The position numbers and the translations under genes were made by a program. The notes beneath the pieces were generated by a model. The model made no database searches, was not told where the DNA came from, and saw only the letters and a program-made list of their open reading frames with translations. Shown here piece by piece: positions 1 through 7,817 of a stretch of 51,853 nt of DNA. How positions within the stretch are numbered: position 1 is the stretch's first letter; each line of letters starts with the position of its first letter. The DNA lies in assembly GCA_002898775.1 (NCBI GenBank), contig BEHK01000001.1, positions 1 to 51,853 on the forward strand. The letters are read 5' to 3'. Origin of the DNA: a bacterium HR08. GTDB taxonomy: Bacteria > Acidobacteriota > Blastocatellia > HR10.

Positions 1-1
1 A

Positions 2-223
2 CAGTTCTTCAATGCCGATTTCGGGCTTCTGAAGCGCACTCGCTTTGCCACGCCGCTCAACGAGCAGACGGAGCTGGAGTTCCGGGCCGAATTCTTCAAC
101 ATTTTCAATGTGCCCAACTTCTTCGTGGGAGAAAGCCATAACATCAACAGCACGAGCTTCGGTCGGATTACGCAGACGTTCGACCCTCGCATCATTCAAT
201 TTGCGTTCAAGCTGAATTTCTAA
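2..223 (+). CDS. C-terminal end of a TonB-dependent-receptor-like outer-membrane barrel (5' partial, runs off window)
   Basis: The frame is open from the window edge to TAA at 221-223. The tail FGRITQTFDPRIIQFAFKLNF parallels the tail of the 1066-aa receptor at 45518-48718 (FGVITSAFDPRILQFGLKVFF), with a terminal aromatic residue. Confidence 0.75.
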   Translation, partial: QFFNADFGLLKRTRFATPLNEQTELEFRAEFFNIFNVPNFFVGESHNINSTSFGRITQTFDPRIIQFAFKLNF

Positions 224-235
224 TGACTTTTCTGG

Positions 236-330
236 GAGCGCACGCGTCTTGCGTGCTTAAACCGACGGGCTCTCACGGGCCCGCCGGGCCGCCCTGATAC
301 CGAGCGCACGCATCTTGCGCACTTAAACCG
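236..330. repeat. Imperfect 29-bp direct repeat (236-264 and 302-330, 26/29 identical)
   Basis: The copies are gagcgcacgcGtcttgcgTGcttaaaccg and gagcgcacgcAtcttgcgCActtaaaccg. The first copy forms a GCACGC/GCGTGC hairpin just after the upstream stop codon. Confidence 0.6.
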
Positions 331-720
331 GTAAATTTCTGTTCGTGCTCTTCGATGCGGACTCGCCGCGCCTGCTCGGCATCATCGGCCTGCTGAATTT
401 CCCGGCGATAGAGGATGTTGACTGTCCCTTCCGACCCCATCCCGCAATTTCTGCGTCGGCCGGGCATAATTGATGTCAGTGCGAATATGCTTGGAGCCCA
501 TGTCGCAGTAGGCGCCGCCGTAAGATTTTCGGGTGATGATCGTGATCTTCGGCGCGGTCGCCTTGGCAAACGCAGAGAGCAGTTTAGCGCCGTGATGGGT
601 AATGCCGCCATGCTCTTGATCGCTGCCGGGGGGAATCCAGGGACATCTTCAAACGTGATGATCGGGATGTTAAAGCGATCGCAGAAGCGAACGCTTTGAC
701 CGAGGACTGAGGCCGAAGAT
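273..720 (-). pseudogene. Fragment of a propionyl-CoA carboxylase beta / methylmalonyl-CoA carboxyltransferase gene (C-terminal third only, frameshifted)
   Basis: Reverse-strand translation gives [62 protein letters not shown] and [16 protein letters not shown] in three different frames. One shift sits in the G6 run at 628-633. The N-terminal two thirds of the gene are absent. Confidence 0.6.
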
Positions 721-1067
721 GTGAGGATCCGTATGGCTGGTGATTTTGATCATGACGGCAGTCGGTTGGGTTCCGGTCACGCGCCATCTTTTCATATTCA
801 CCACGTTGGGAATGTTCTCAGCGTCAGGGAAGAGAACTTCGGGAAACGTTAACCACCGTCTCTGGAAAGCTGAATTTTCACATTGCCGGTGACATCTTGA
901 TTACTCCACACGATGATTCTCTCTTGTTCGACAGCCCACACCTCATTTTGTGCCGGAGCGCTCACGGTGATCGTTTGCAGTGTTTCGCTGATCGTGAACC
1001 CAGCGTCGCTGGTATCTGTCAGGGCAGGAGTATCAACGCTTGAAATCCGGATGCGGGCTTGCGCCAT
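721..1067 (-). pseudogene. Fragment of a repeat-domain protein (GNVKIQLSRDGG-type module), truncated and frameshifted
   Basis: ORF 849-1067 ends in VTGNVKIQLSRDGG then TAA. The motif continues in another frame (FPEVLFPDAENIPNVVNMKRWRVTGTQPTAVMIKITSHTDP). The ORF begins in the middle of a repeat. Confidence 0.35.
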
Positions 1068-1269
1068 GGAGGTCGCGCCCGGTGAGGCGCATCATGCTTT
1101 GGCAGATTCGGGGGCGGGGCGTCGTTGATCTGTGCGGAATTTTCCCGAGGGATATGATGTCTGCCAGAAGGGATGACCGCTCCATGAAGGCGCGCCTGCC
1201 GTGCCCGTATTCCCGTGGGCCGGAGGTCCTCATGGAACAGCTTCAACTGCCGGGTGTGAATCTGCTCAT

Positions 1270-2274
1270 TTAGCGGCCTCGCCGTTGCTGTGGCTGCTCC
1301 TCACGGTAGACTTCCGTGTCAGGATAAAAATCGCTCCAGGCGAACCAGAAGAGCGCAATCGAAGGGATGAGAATCCCGCTCTCATCGGTGACGTATCCGG
1401 TCTCCGATTTCTTGTCGAAGTGGATGATGACCTTCTTCCCGTTGATCCGATCCTCGAACCGTTCGGGCTTCTTCTTCAAGATGGCGAACGGATAAGCCTT
1501 CTTCACGCCGTTCACCGAGAGGCCGAGCACGCGCTCCATGGGCCTGAGTTTTACGCCCGACTTCGTCTCTTTGGGCGGCCGCCGGAAGCGCGGCGGCTGG
1601 CCCATCTCCCAGTATTCTTGATAGGGATTCAGGCCGTAATCGCGGCGGAATCCCGTCTCGGGCGAGAGGACGAGCGTCTGAGGATGTTGCGCCCGCCAGT
1701 ACGCCCACGTCGTGTGCAGACTCGGCAGGACCGCGAGCTTCGCTCCTGTCATCGGGCCGGCGATGGCTTCTCCCTTGAGCTGCGACCAGAGACTCTCGGT
1801 CTGGCGGTCGTACATGACCAAGGCCGCCTTGTAGAGTTTGCCCGACACGCCAAAGGTGAATCGCTTGCCGTCAATGATCGGGTCGTACACGACGCCCGAA
1901 CTGCAAAGCGGTCACCAGGTGACGAGAACGGGCCGATCCCCAACCCGATCGTTGACGATCTCGTGCCAGTTGAGGATCTTGATCGGGTAGGCTTTGGCCG
2001 CGCCGGCGAGCGAAACACCTAAGACGCGGTCCCAAGGACGCAGGAATTTTTCGGCCTCGCGAGCCGAGACGAATGTGGGCGAGTCGAGAGCCGGGATGCC
2101 GTCTTTAGGCGGTCCGCCGCCTTGAATGTCTTCGAGTGGAACCGAGCGCTTGGTGACGTCGAACGGGCGCTGACCCGGACCCGCATCGAGATATTGCTTC
2201 TCTTGAACGAACGCGATGAGCCCGCCCGGGCCCATCACGCAACAGAGAGCGGCAATCAGAACCGATGTCTTCAT
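1270..2274 (-). CDS. DUF3179-family exported protein with an in-frame TGA (1912-1914) at the first Cys of the conserved CPxC motif; candidate selenoprotein (UPLC)
   Basis: ORFs 1912-2274 and 1270-1890 are in the same frame (1005 nt in total) and are joined only by a TGA. The read-through gives VLVTW-U-PLCSSGVVYD followed by GVSGKLYKAALVMYDRQTESLWSQ, which is DUF3179-like. It has an N-terminal membrane anchor or signal, and a GGGAGG SD lies 7 nt upstream of the ATG. Confidence 0.7.
1878..1899 (-). promoter_or_regulatory. Candidate SECIS-like hairpin downstream of TGA 1912-1914
   Basis: The RNA ucgggcgucg-ugua-cgacccga forms a bulged 8-bp stem. The apical loop UGUA lies 23-26 nt after the UGA. 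Confidence 0.4.
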
Positions 2275-2382
2275 CGCTGACCTCCCGAGCTGAGGGTGGC
2301 TGAAAACTCTCTCGAATCGGACAAAGCTCCAGCTTTTGGCGGAGAAACCGCTCTGCCGGGCGAGCCTCTTGCCAGCGCCGGC

Positions 2383-2877
2383 TCAATCGGCAGCAGTATC
2401 CTCGGCGAGATCCTCCAACTCGAGCGAGGTCGTGATGGTCACGCAGCCGCCGATGGTTCGAGCGACGGGGCAGTATTCGACATGCCTTTCGTAGGCTCGG
2501 AGAGCGGCCTCGCGCTTGTCCGGTCTCAGGCGCAGGTGATACGTCACGTGAATGCGCCGCACGACGAGCACGCGCCCGTCGGCTTCCACCTCGCCCGTTG
2601 CCTCCGAGGTGAGCCGTCCTTCTCCGGCGGGGATGCCGCGCGCTTCCAGCGCGCCACCGAAAGTCCCGGTGAGTCAGCCCGCCGCCGCGGCCACCAGATA
2701 ATCGAGCGTCGTGGCGTGCGGCTCATGGACGCGCGGATCAACGCCGTAGTGCGCGGCCACCTCGGAGTGAACGCCGAAGAGAACCGGCTGCGATTCCGCC
2801 GGAAGATAAGCCCGCCGGAGCGGTCCCGCGACGCGCTCAATCCGTACCTGCGAACGATAAACCACAGCGCTGTTCAT
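2383..2877 (-). CDS. OsmC/Ohr-family peroxiredoxin-like protein with an in-frame TGA (2674-2676) at the conserved active-site Cys; candidate selenoprotein
   Basis: The read-through gives DYLVAAAAG-U-LTGTFGGALEARG, and the second conserved Cys is present as EYCPVARTI. The two ORF halves share a frame. A GGAGGT SD lies 6 nt before the ATG at 2877. Confidence 0.7.
2638..2654 (-). promoter_or_regulatory. Candidate SECIS-like hairpin downstream of TGA 2674-2676
   Basis: GCGCGC-UGGAA-GCGCGC has a 6-bp stem. The loop lies 26-30 nt after the UGA. Confidence 0.35.
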
Positions 2878-3000
2878 CGGTTGACCTCCACGCATTTATT
2901 TTGGCTGAACACAGAGTCCATTTCAGCGAACCTTTGCCTGAACGCCCGATAGGACGCAGCGGCGATCGCGAAAGACGCATAGGCGCATGGCCATACGCCT

Positions 3001-4065
3001 CTACTTGTTGCGTCCCCTTTGGCGAGCGACCGGGGTGTAAATCTTCGTATCCGGGAAGTAGGCGGCCCAGGCGTACCAGGCTCCCGTGTGAGCCGGCACG
3101 GCTGCAAGTTGCTCGCCGCGCAGTCGCCCCGACTCGGCGCGACCGGCCAAGTTCCACCGGGAGCGCGTGGCCGTATCCACCGCATCGAGCCGTTGGCCCT
3201 GCCGATCCGCGTTTTCGAACCGGAGCACGCGCTTGCCCAGCTTGCGCTCGTAAGCGGCTGCGGTGTTCGCCTGTGGGTCGTAGAAGACGACGATCGGCAC
3301 GCCGCCGACGACATCGTTGATCACGCCGCCCGCCTGCTTGAGCGTGGATAAGGGATAGGCTTTGCGTTCATCGCCCAGGGCCACCGCCAGGACCAGCTCC
3401 ATCCTTCCCAATCGCTCATCCCGATGCGTGAGCGTGCGCTCGAAAACGGGGCTGAGCTGCCGGGGCTGCCAGCGGAAGGGCTTGTAGTGGGCTTGATGCG
3501 GCGTCCGGTTGGAAACGATCAGCGTATCGGGATGGAGCTGTTTCCACTTCGCCCAGCTCGTCTGCACGACCGCGAGTTTGTTGAGTCTTTGGCCTGCGAG
3601 CGGGCCGTCCATCGCCTCACCGCTCGTCAACGACCAGACGCTCCCCGTCTCCCGATCGGCGAACACCAGTTCGGCATTATACAACCCGTGAGGCTTGAAC
3701 GTCAGCCGCTTCCCCTCGTCGGTCGCGGAGTCGAACCCGACTCCCGTCCCGCAGACCGGTCAGTAGACGAGGACGATGGAGCGGCCCCTGACGACGTCGT
3801 TGACCACGTGATGATAGGCCATGATCCGGAGCGGATAGGCCCGGCTCTCTCCCTCAAGTGCAATGCCCATCACCGTCTCGTTGTCATCCAGGTAGCCACT
3901 ATCGGGATGGGTGGCGGGGATGAACTCCGGGTTGGTCAACTCCGGGGGGAATTGGGTGACGACGAAGAGCTTGTCTTTTTGGAACTGAGAAAGCGCGTTC
4001 ATAGGTCCCATCGTCAAGAGAGCGACGAGCGGCACCGTCAGGCGGCCGAATCGTCGAAGCGTCAT
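3001..4065 (-). CDS. DUF3179-family exported protein (paralog) with an in-frame TGA (3760-3762) at the first Cys of CPxC; candidate selenoprotein (UPVC)
   Basis: ORFs 3760-4065 and 3001-3684 are in frame (1065 nt). The read-through gives RSIVLVY-U-PVCGTGVGFD followed by LYNAELVFADRETGSVWS. It has a signal-like N-terminus, and an AAGGAGGTGA SD lies upstream. Confidence 0.7.
3727..3744 (-). promoter_or_regulatory. Candidate SECIS-like hairpin downstream of TGA 3760-3762
   Basis: GGAGUCG-GGUU-CGACUCC is a perfect 7-bp stem. The loop GGUU lies 23-26 nt after the UGA, the same register as in the paralog. Confidence 0.5.
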
Positions 4066-4163
4066 GATCGTTCCTCACCTCCTTGTCGGCCTTTTCCGGC
4101 GAGTCACGAAACGTCAGTCTACCACACCCACATCATCGAGAGGAAAAGCGGAGCCGGGAAGAA

Positions 4164-4703
4164 TCAGGGCTCGGACAATAATCGTTCGACCTCGCGGACG
4201 AAATCCTCCTCGTCCATGAAACCGGCGTGCTCGGCACGGATGCGCCCTTTCCGATCAATGAAAAACGTCATGGGGAGTCCCGTCAATGCGCCGAACTTTT
4301 CCGCGACTTTTTCATCGCCAAGGATGACGGTGTAGGGGAGAGCGTGTTCCCGGATGAACGTTTTGACTTCTCGTTCGTCCTCGTCCAGGGAGATGGCGAT
4401 GATCTCCAGCCCCTTATCTCGATACGTCGCGTGGAGCTTCTTGAAGGTTGGGACTTCCATCACGCAGGGAGGGCACCAGGTCGCCCAAAAATCCACGATG
4501 ACGACTTTGCCCCGCAGGGAGGCCAAACTCACCGGGCGACCGTGAACGTCCACAAGCTCGAGCTCCGGTGCGGGCCGGCCCCTGTCATCAGCATCCTTGT
4601 CGGCCGCAACGGCGAGAGTCGGATCATGAGCGGGGACGCATGACCATGTGCCTCTGTTGCCGACGATGAGCGACATTCCGGCAGCCAGGACGACGGCGAT
4701 CAC
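4164..4703 (-). CDS. TlpA/ResA-like membrane-anchored thiol:disulfide oxidoreductase (thioredoxin fold, WCPPC)
   Basis: It contains GKVVIVDFWATWCPPCVMEVP and LPMTFFIDRKG. The start is uncertain. I chose GTG 4703 (or ATG 4676) because the longer ORF to 5003 would read through palindromic repeat copy a at 4731-4768. Confidence 0.8.
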   Translation of the reverse strand: MIAVVLAAGMSLIVGNRGTWSCVPAHDPTLAVAADKDADDRGRPAPELELVDVHGRPVSLASLRGKVVIVDFWATWCPPCVMEVPTFKKLHATYRDKGLEIIAISLDEDEREVKTFIREHALPYTVILGDEKVAEKFGALTGLPMTFFIDRKGRIRAEHAGFMDEEDFVREVERLLSEP

Positions 4704-4730
4704 CCCAGCAAGTTCCTGCGAGAGGCGAGC

Positions 4731-4768
4731 GGGGTCCCCAAGCGATCTCTGGATCGCTTGGGGTGCCC
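4731..4768. repeat. Palindromic repeat family, copy a
   Basis: The sequence is ggggtCCCCAAGCGATCtctgGATCGCTTGGGGtgccc, with a 12-bp perfect stem. Confidence 0.85.
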
Positions 4769-5048
4769 GAGCGGTTCCTCGTGCTCTTGAGCGTCTCAGC
4801 ACGGCTGTCGAGGGTATCGCGATATGGTCCGAAACAGTCGGCCGTAGGCGCGGCCAGATGGCCTCGCGCTCCGGCGTCGGACAACGCCATCTGGTATTCT
4901 TCGATCGGTCATGATCGTCTCCGGCAGATTGAGAATTCGCATCGAACGGCCAGCTTAGCGCCACTGGACCGCGCCGTTCAGTAGTCGAGATTACACGTCG
5001 CAAAACGTCTCTTGCCGGTGTCCCTTCCGCCTCTGTCGAAAAAAGGGC

Positions 5049-5080
5049 TTGACCTTGCAGTTGGCTGCAAGGTTTAGAAT
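5049..5080 (+). promoter_or_regulatory. MerR/CueR-type promoter-operator
   Basis: In TTGACC-ttgcagttggctgcaaggtt-TAGAAT the spacer is 20 nt. It carries a perfect dyad ACCTTGCAG-N4-CTGCAAGGT that overlaps the -35 element. Confidence 0.7.
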
Positions 5081-5104
5081 GGCAGACGTGAAAGGAGGCG
5101 TGAG

Positions 5105-5554
5105 ATGTCGGGTCGGACGTTTTACATCGGCGAGCTGGCGCGGGCCGTGGGGGTGAAGCCCCAGACGGTTCGCTATTACGAGCGGGAGGGATTGTTGGGA
5201 CGGGCGGCGCGGACGCGTTCGGGCTACCGCCTCTACGATGAGGAGGCGCTCTTGCGGCTGCGCTTCATTCGAGCGGCGCAAGCGCTGGGGCTGTCGCTGG
5301 CGGAGATTCGAGAGCTTGTGGTGCTCAGCCGCGAGGGACGGTCCCCGTGCGCGCGAGTCCGAACCTTGCTCCGAGAAAAGCTTCGGGCGCTGGATCAGAA
5401 GATCGCCGAGCTGCGAGCCTTTCGCCGGGAGCTGGCCGCTCGACTCGCTCAATTGGACGCGATGCCCGATCAAGCAGACTCCTCGCCCTACGTCTGCTCG
5501 CTCATCATGACGCTGGCCCGGCGTCACCGTCCAGATCACGGAAAGGAGGGATGA
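5105..5554 (+). CDS. MerR-family heavy-metal-responsive transcriptional regulator
   Basis: The N-terminal HTH reads YIGELARAVGVKPQTVRYYEREGLL. It has a coiled-coil dimerisation helix and Cys residues at GRSPCARV and PYVCSL. An AGGAGG SD lies upstream. Confidence 0.85.
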   Translation: MSGRTFYIGELARAVGVKPQTVRYYEREGLLGRAARTRSGYRLYDEEALLRLRFIRAAQALGLSLAEIRELVVLSREGRSPCARVRTLLREKLRALDQKIAELRAFRRELAARLAQLDAMPDQADSSPYVCSLIMTLARRHRPDHGKEG

Positions 5555-5557
5555 CCT

Positions 5558-5731
5558 ATGCGACGAACCCGTCGGATCGTGCTGTTGCTGGCCTTGAGCG
5601 TGGCGATCGGATCGGGAGCACTCTATGGGTTCAAGGTGTCGTCCGAGAGCCCGGCGAGCTGCCCGGGTCGGATCGTCTGCCCGCTCACGGGCAAGATCAT
5701 CTGTCGCGACGCCTGTCCGCTGAAGAAGTGA
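5558..5731 (+). CDS. 57-aa membrane-anchored Cys-rich peptide (not in ORF track, under 60 aa)
   Basis: The peptide is MRRTRRIVLLLALSVAIGSGALYGFKVSSESPASCPGRIVCPLTGKIICRDACPLKK. A GGAGGG SD lies 7 nt upstream, and the start is 4 nt after the regulator stop. Confidence 0.5.
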   Translation: MRRTRRIVLLLALSVAIGSGALYGFKVSSESPASCPGRIVCPLTGKIICRDACPLKK

Positions 5732-5749
5732 CGGCGTCGGTCACCGCAG

Positions 5750-5773
5750 GGGAGCGCCTGCGAGGGCGCTCCC
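5750..5773 (+). other. GC-rich stem-loop between the small peptide gene and the next gene
   Basis: GGGAGCGCC-tgcgag-GGCGCTCCC has a 9-bp stem and no U-tract. It may be an attenuator or a processing site. Confidence 0.3.
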
Positions 5774-5813
5774 TCGTGGAGGGAAGGAGGCTGAGATAGA
5801 GAAGCGGCGCGCT

Positions 5814-6101
5814 ATGGTTCGCCGGTGGGGGCCAATCTACAGTGGGGTGGCGGTGCTGGCATCGCTCCCCTGGTGCTGACTGGCGCCGACGGTGTTCGCC
5901 CTGCTCGGGACAGCAGGGACCGTCGCCGCGCACATGATCTTCGTCCGCGGGAATGCGATCTTCGAGGGCCTCACCGTGTACGCTCTGCTGCGCGCGCATT
6001 ATCTGGTGAACGTGAGGGGGCAGGGAGGGCGAACGGCTCGCTTCACGGTGTGGGCGGGGACACTCGTCTCGGCCTTGCTTTGGAGCTTTCGCCTCTTTTG
6101 A
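5814..6101 (+). CDS. MerT/MerF-like small membrane protein with an in-frame TGA (5877-5879) at the second Cys of the TM1 Cys-Cys pair; candidate selenoprotein (C-U)
   Basis: The read-through VLASLPWC-U-LAPTVFALLGTAGTV aligns with ASLCCTGPLVAALLGLGS of the MerT-like proteins at 8310 and 10791. ORF 5892-6101 is in frame with ATG 5814. The product has about three hydrophobic helices. The SD is weak. Confidence 0.55.
5899..5918 (+). promoter_or_regulatory. Candidate SECIS-like hairpin downstream of TGA 5877-5879
   Basis: CCCUGC-ucgggaca-GCAGGG has a 6-7 bp stem. The loop begins 26 nt after the UGA. Confidence 0.35.
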
Positions 6102-6115
6102 CCGGGAACCGTCAC

Positions 6116-7126
6116 ATGCCCTATCGGCCGGAAACTTCGGAATTCGTAGCGGCCTTTGCCTCGACGGCAGAGCCTCAGGAAAAGCCAGCAGGAAAGCCTG
6201 CGCCATTCCGGAGAGCGCGGTCCTGGAGCGCGGCGCTTTTGTTCCTCGGCGGCGTGGGGCTTTCATCGGCTGAACTGCGCGCCCAGACCATCGTGGCTCC
6301 GAGCGCGCGCACGCTCTTCAATCGGGCGACGCTTGTGCGCTTGTCGGTCGAAGTCCGGCATTCGTCCCTTCGAACAGACGGAAGATCAACCGCTGTCACT
6401 CAGTATGTCCCGGTGCTGGCCGTCGTCTATGGATTTCGCCCGAACTGGACGATCATCGTGGCTCAGCCTTACGCGGTCGTAGATGTGACCAACCGGATGG
6501 GGGATGAAACCCGACGAGAGAGCTTGAACGGCCTGGCTGATACGCGGGTGTTTATTCAATACGATGGGCTTTACAGGCGCAACACGCCCGGCGGGCTGAC
6601 GCGGCTATCGGCGGTCTTTGGTGTGCAGGTCCCCACCGGTGCCGATCGGTTCTCAACAGGTGCGGTGGCTTATACTGGCGGAATGATCTTCCAGAAAGCG
6701 GTGAGGTTGAAGCATGTCTTCACCGGAGATTTCGAATATACTCGTGCGACCGAGAACCGTCGGGGCCTCTCGATGGGCGACCGGATCCGGTTTGACGCCG
6801 CTCTGTCGCGCTTTGTTATTTCCCAGGATAAAGCTCCGCCTGGCGCGAGTTGGCCGCGCAAGGCCTTCGATCGCATCTTTCGTTACGGAGCGTACTTCGT
6901 CCTGGAACTCAACGGCACTTGGCAGGCTCGCGCCCGCACTCGCGGAACTCCGATTCCCGACAGCGGCGGGACGATGCTCTCGGTGTCGCCGGGAATCCAG
7001 TGGTTTTTGAGCAACGCGTTTTTGGTCGAGATTTCCGCCCCGATTCCAGTCGTCAAGGCGCTCAGCGGGAAGCAGCCCAAACCCAACTCGACGTTTCTCT
7101 TGGGATTCCGGATTCTGTTTTTCTGA
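6116..7126 (+). CDS. Outer-membrane beta-barrel protein (MetA/transporter-like), signal peptide
   Basis: Starting at ATG 6116 gives a signal-like SWSAALLFLGGVGLSSAELRAQ. The sequence has an alternating beta-strand pattern and ends in LLGFRILFF with a terminal Phe. Confidence 0.5.
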   Translation: MPYRPETSEFVAAFASTAEPQEKPAGKPAPFRRARSWSAALLFLGGVGLSSAELRAQTIVAPSARTLFNRATLVRLSVEVRHSSLRTDGRSTAVTQYVPVLAVVYGFRPNWTIIVAQPYAVVDVTNRMGDETRRESLNGLADTRVFIQYDGLYRRNTPGGLTRLSAVFGVQVPTGADRFSTGAVAYTGGMIFQKAVRLKHVFTGDFEYTRATENRRGLSMGDRIRFDAALSRFVISQDKAPPGASWPRKAFDRIFRYGAYFVLELNGTWQARARTRGTPIPDSGGTMLSVSPGIQWFLSNAFLVEISAPIPVVKALSGKQPKPNSTFLLGFRILFF

Positions 7127-7169
7127 GTATGAGACGACGAAACATTCAGCCTCTTTGGAGGGTTTGAAT

Positions 7170-7733
7170 ATGAGAAAGCAAGGCATGTGGCTTCTGTTTG
7201 TATTTTGCCTTCTTACCGCCGTGCCGGTGTCGGCCCAGGTCGAGAAGGCGAGGGTCAAAATTGACGGCATGATCTGAGGTCTCTGAGCGCGAGGGGCTCA
7301 GAGAGCCCTCCAACGCCTGGATGGCGTTGATCGTGTCGAGGTGAATTTGGTGAAAGGGGAAGCCGAAGTATTTTCCAAGCCCGAGAAGTCTTTCGATCCT
7401 GTCCTGATCCCTAAGGCTCTTCGGGAGGCCGGCTTCACGGCGACCGAGGTCGTGGTGACGGCTGAGGGAACTCTGATCAAGGGGGAGGAAGCCTTCACAC
7501 TGGATGTTCCGGGACTGGCGCACCCGTTTGTGCTGGCCGGCGGAGCACAGGCCGACACGCTCAGAAAACGGACAGACCTCGTGGGGAAGAAAATCCGCGT
7601 GACCGGGAAGCTTCATCCCAGCCATGCGGATCATCCGCCCGGCCTTACGGTCGAGAGCTTTGAGCAGTTGCGCGAGGATGGTCTCGGCCTCGGCGGGAAA
7701 ATGGTGTTGCGCCTGGTGGGGCGGAGAATGTGA
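7170..7733 (+). CDS. Secreted HMA (MerP/CopZ-fold) domain protein whose GMxCxxC metal site is encoded as GM-I-TGA-G-L-TGA; candidate U-x-x-U selenoprotein
   Basis: The signal peptide ends VSA/Q. Then comes VKIDGMI-U-GL-U-ARGAQRALQRLDGVDRVEVNLVKGEAEVF...ALREAGF, a canonical HMA fold. The TGAs are at 7275-7277 and 7284-7286, and everything is in frame with ORF 7341-7733. A GGAGG SD lies 8 nt upstream. Confidence 0.7.
7280..7310 (+). promoter_or_regulatory. Two overlapping, mutually exclusive hairpins at and after the paired TGAs (candidate SECIS)
   Basis: Stem A is UCUCUGAGC-gcgaggg-GCUCAGAGA (9 bp, and it includes the second UGA). Stem B is GAGGG(G)CUC-aga-GAGCCCUC (8 bp with a bulge). Confidence 0.4.
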
Positions 7734-7778
7734 CCTAAGGGCGACCAAATCAAAGTGTCGTCGAGCAAAAATTAGAGC

Positions 7779-7810
7779 TTGACTCTGGAGGCGAGTCCAG
7801 GGTTTATACT
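7779..7810 (+). promoter_or_regulatory. MerR-type promoter-operator
   Basis: In TTGACT-ctggaggcgagtccagggtt-TATACT the spacer is 20 nt. The dyad CyCTGGA-N6-TCCAGrG is imperfect. Confidence 0.65.
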
Positions 7811-7817
7811 TCCGATT

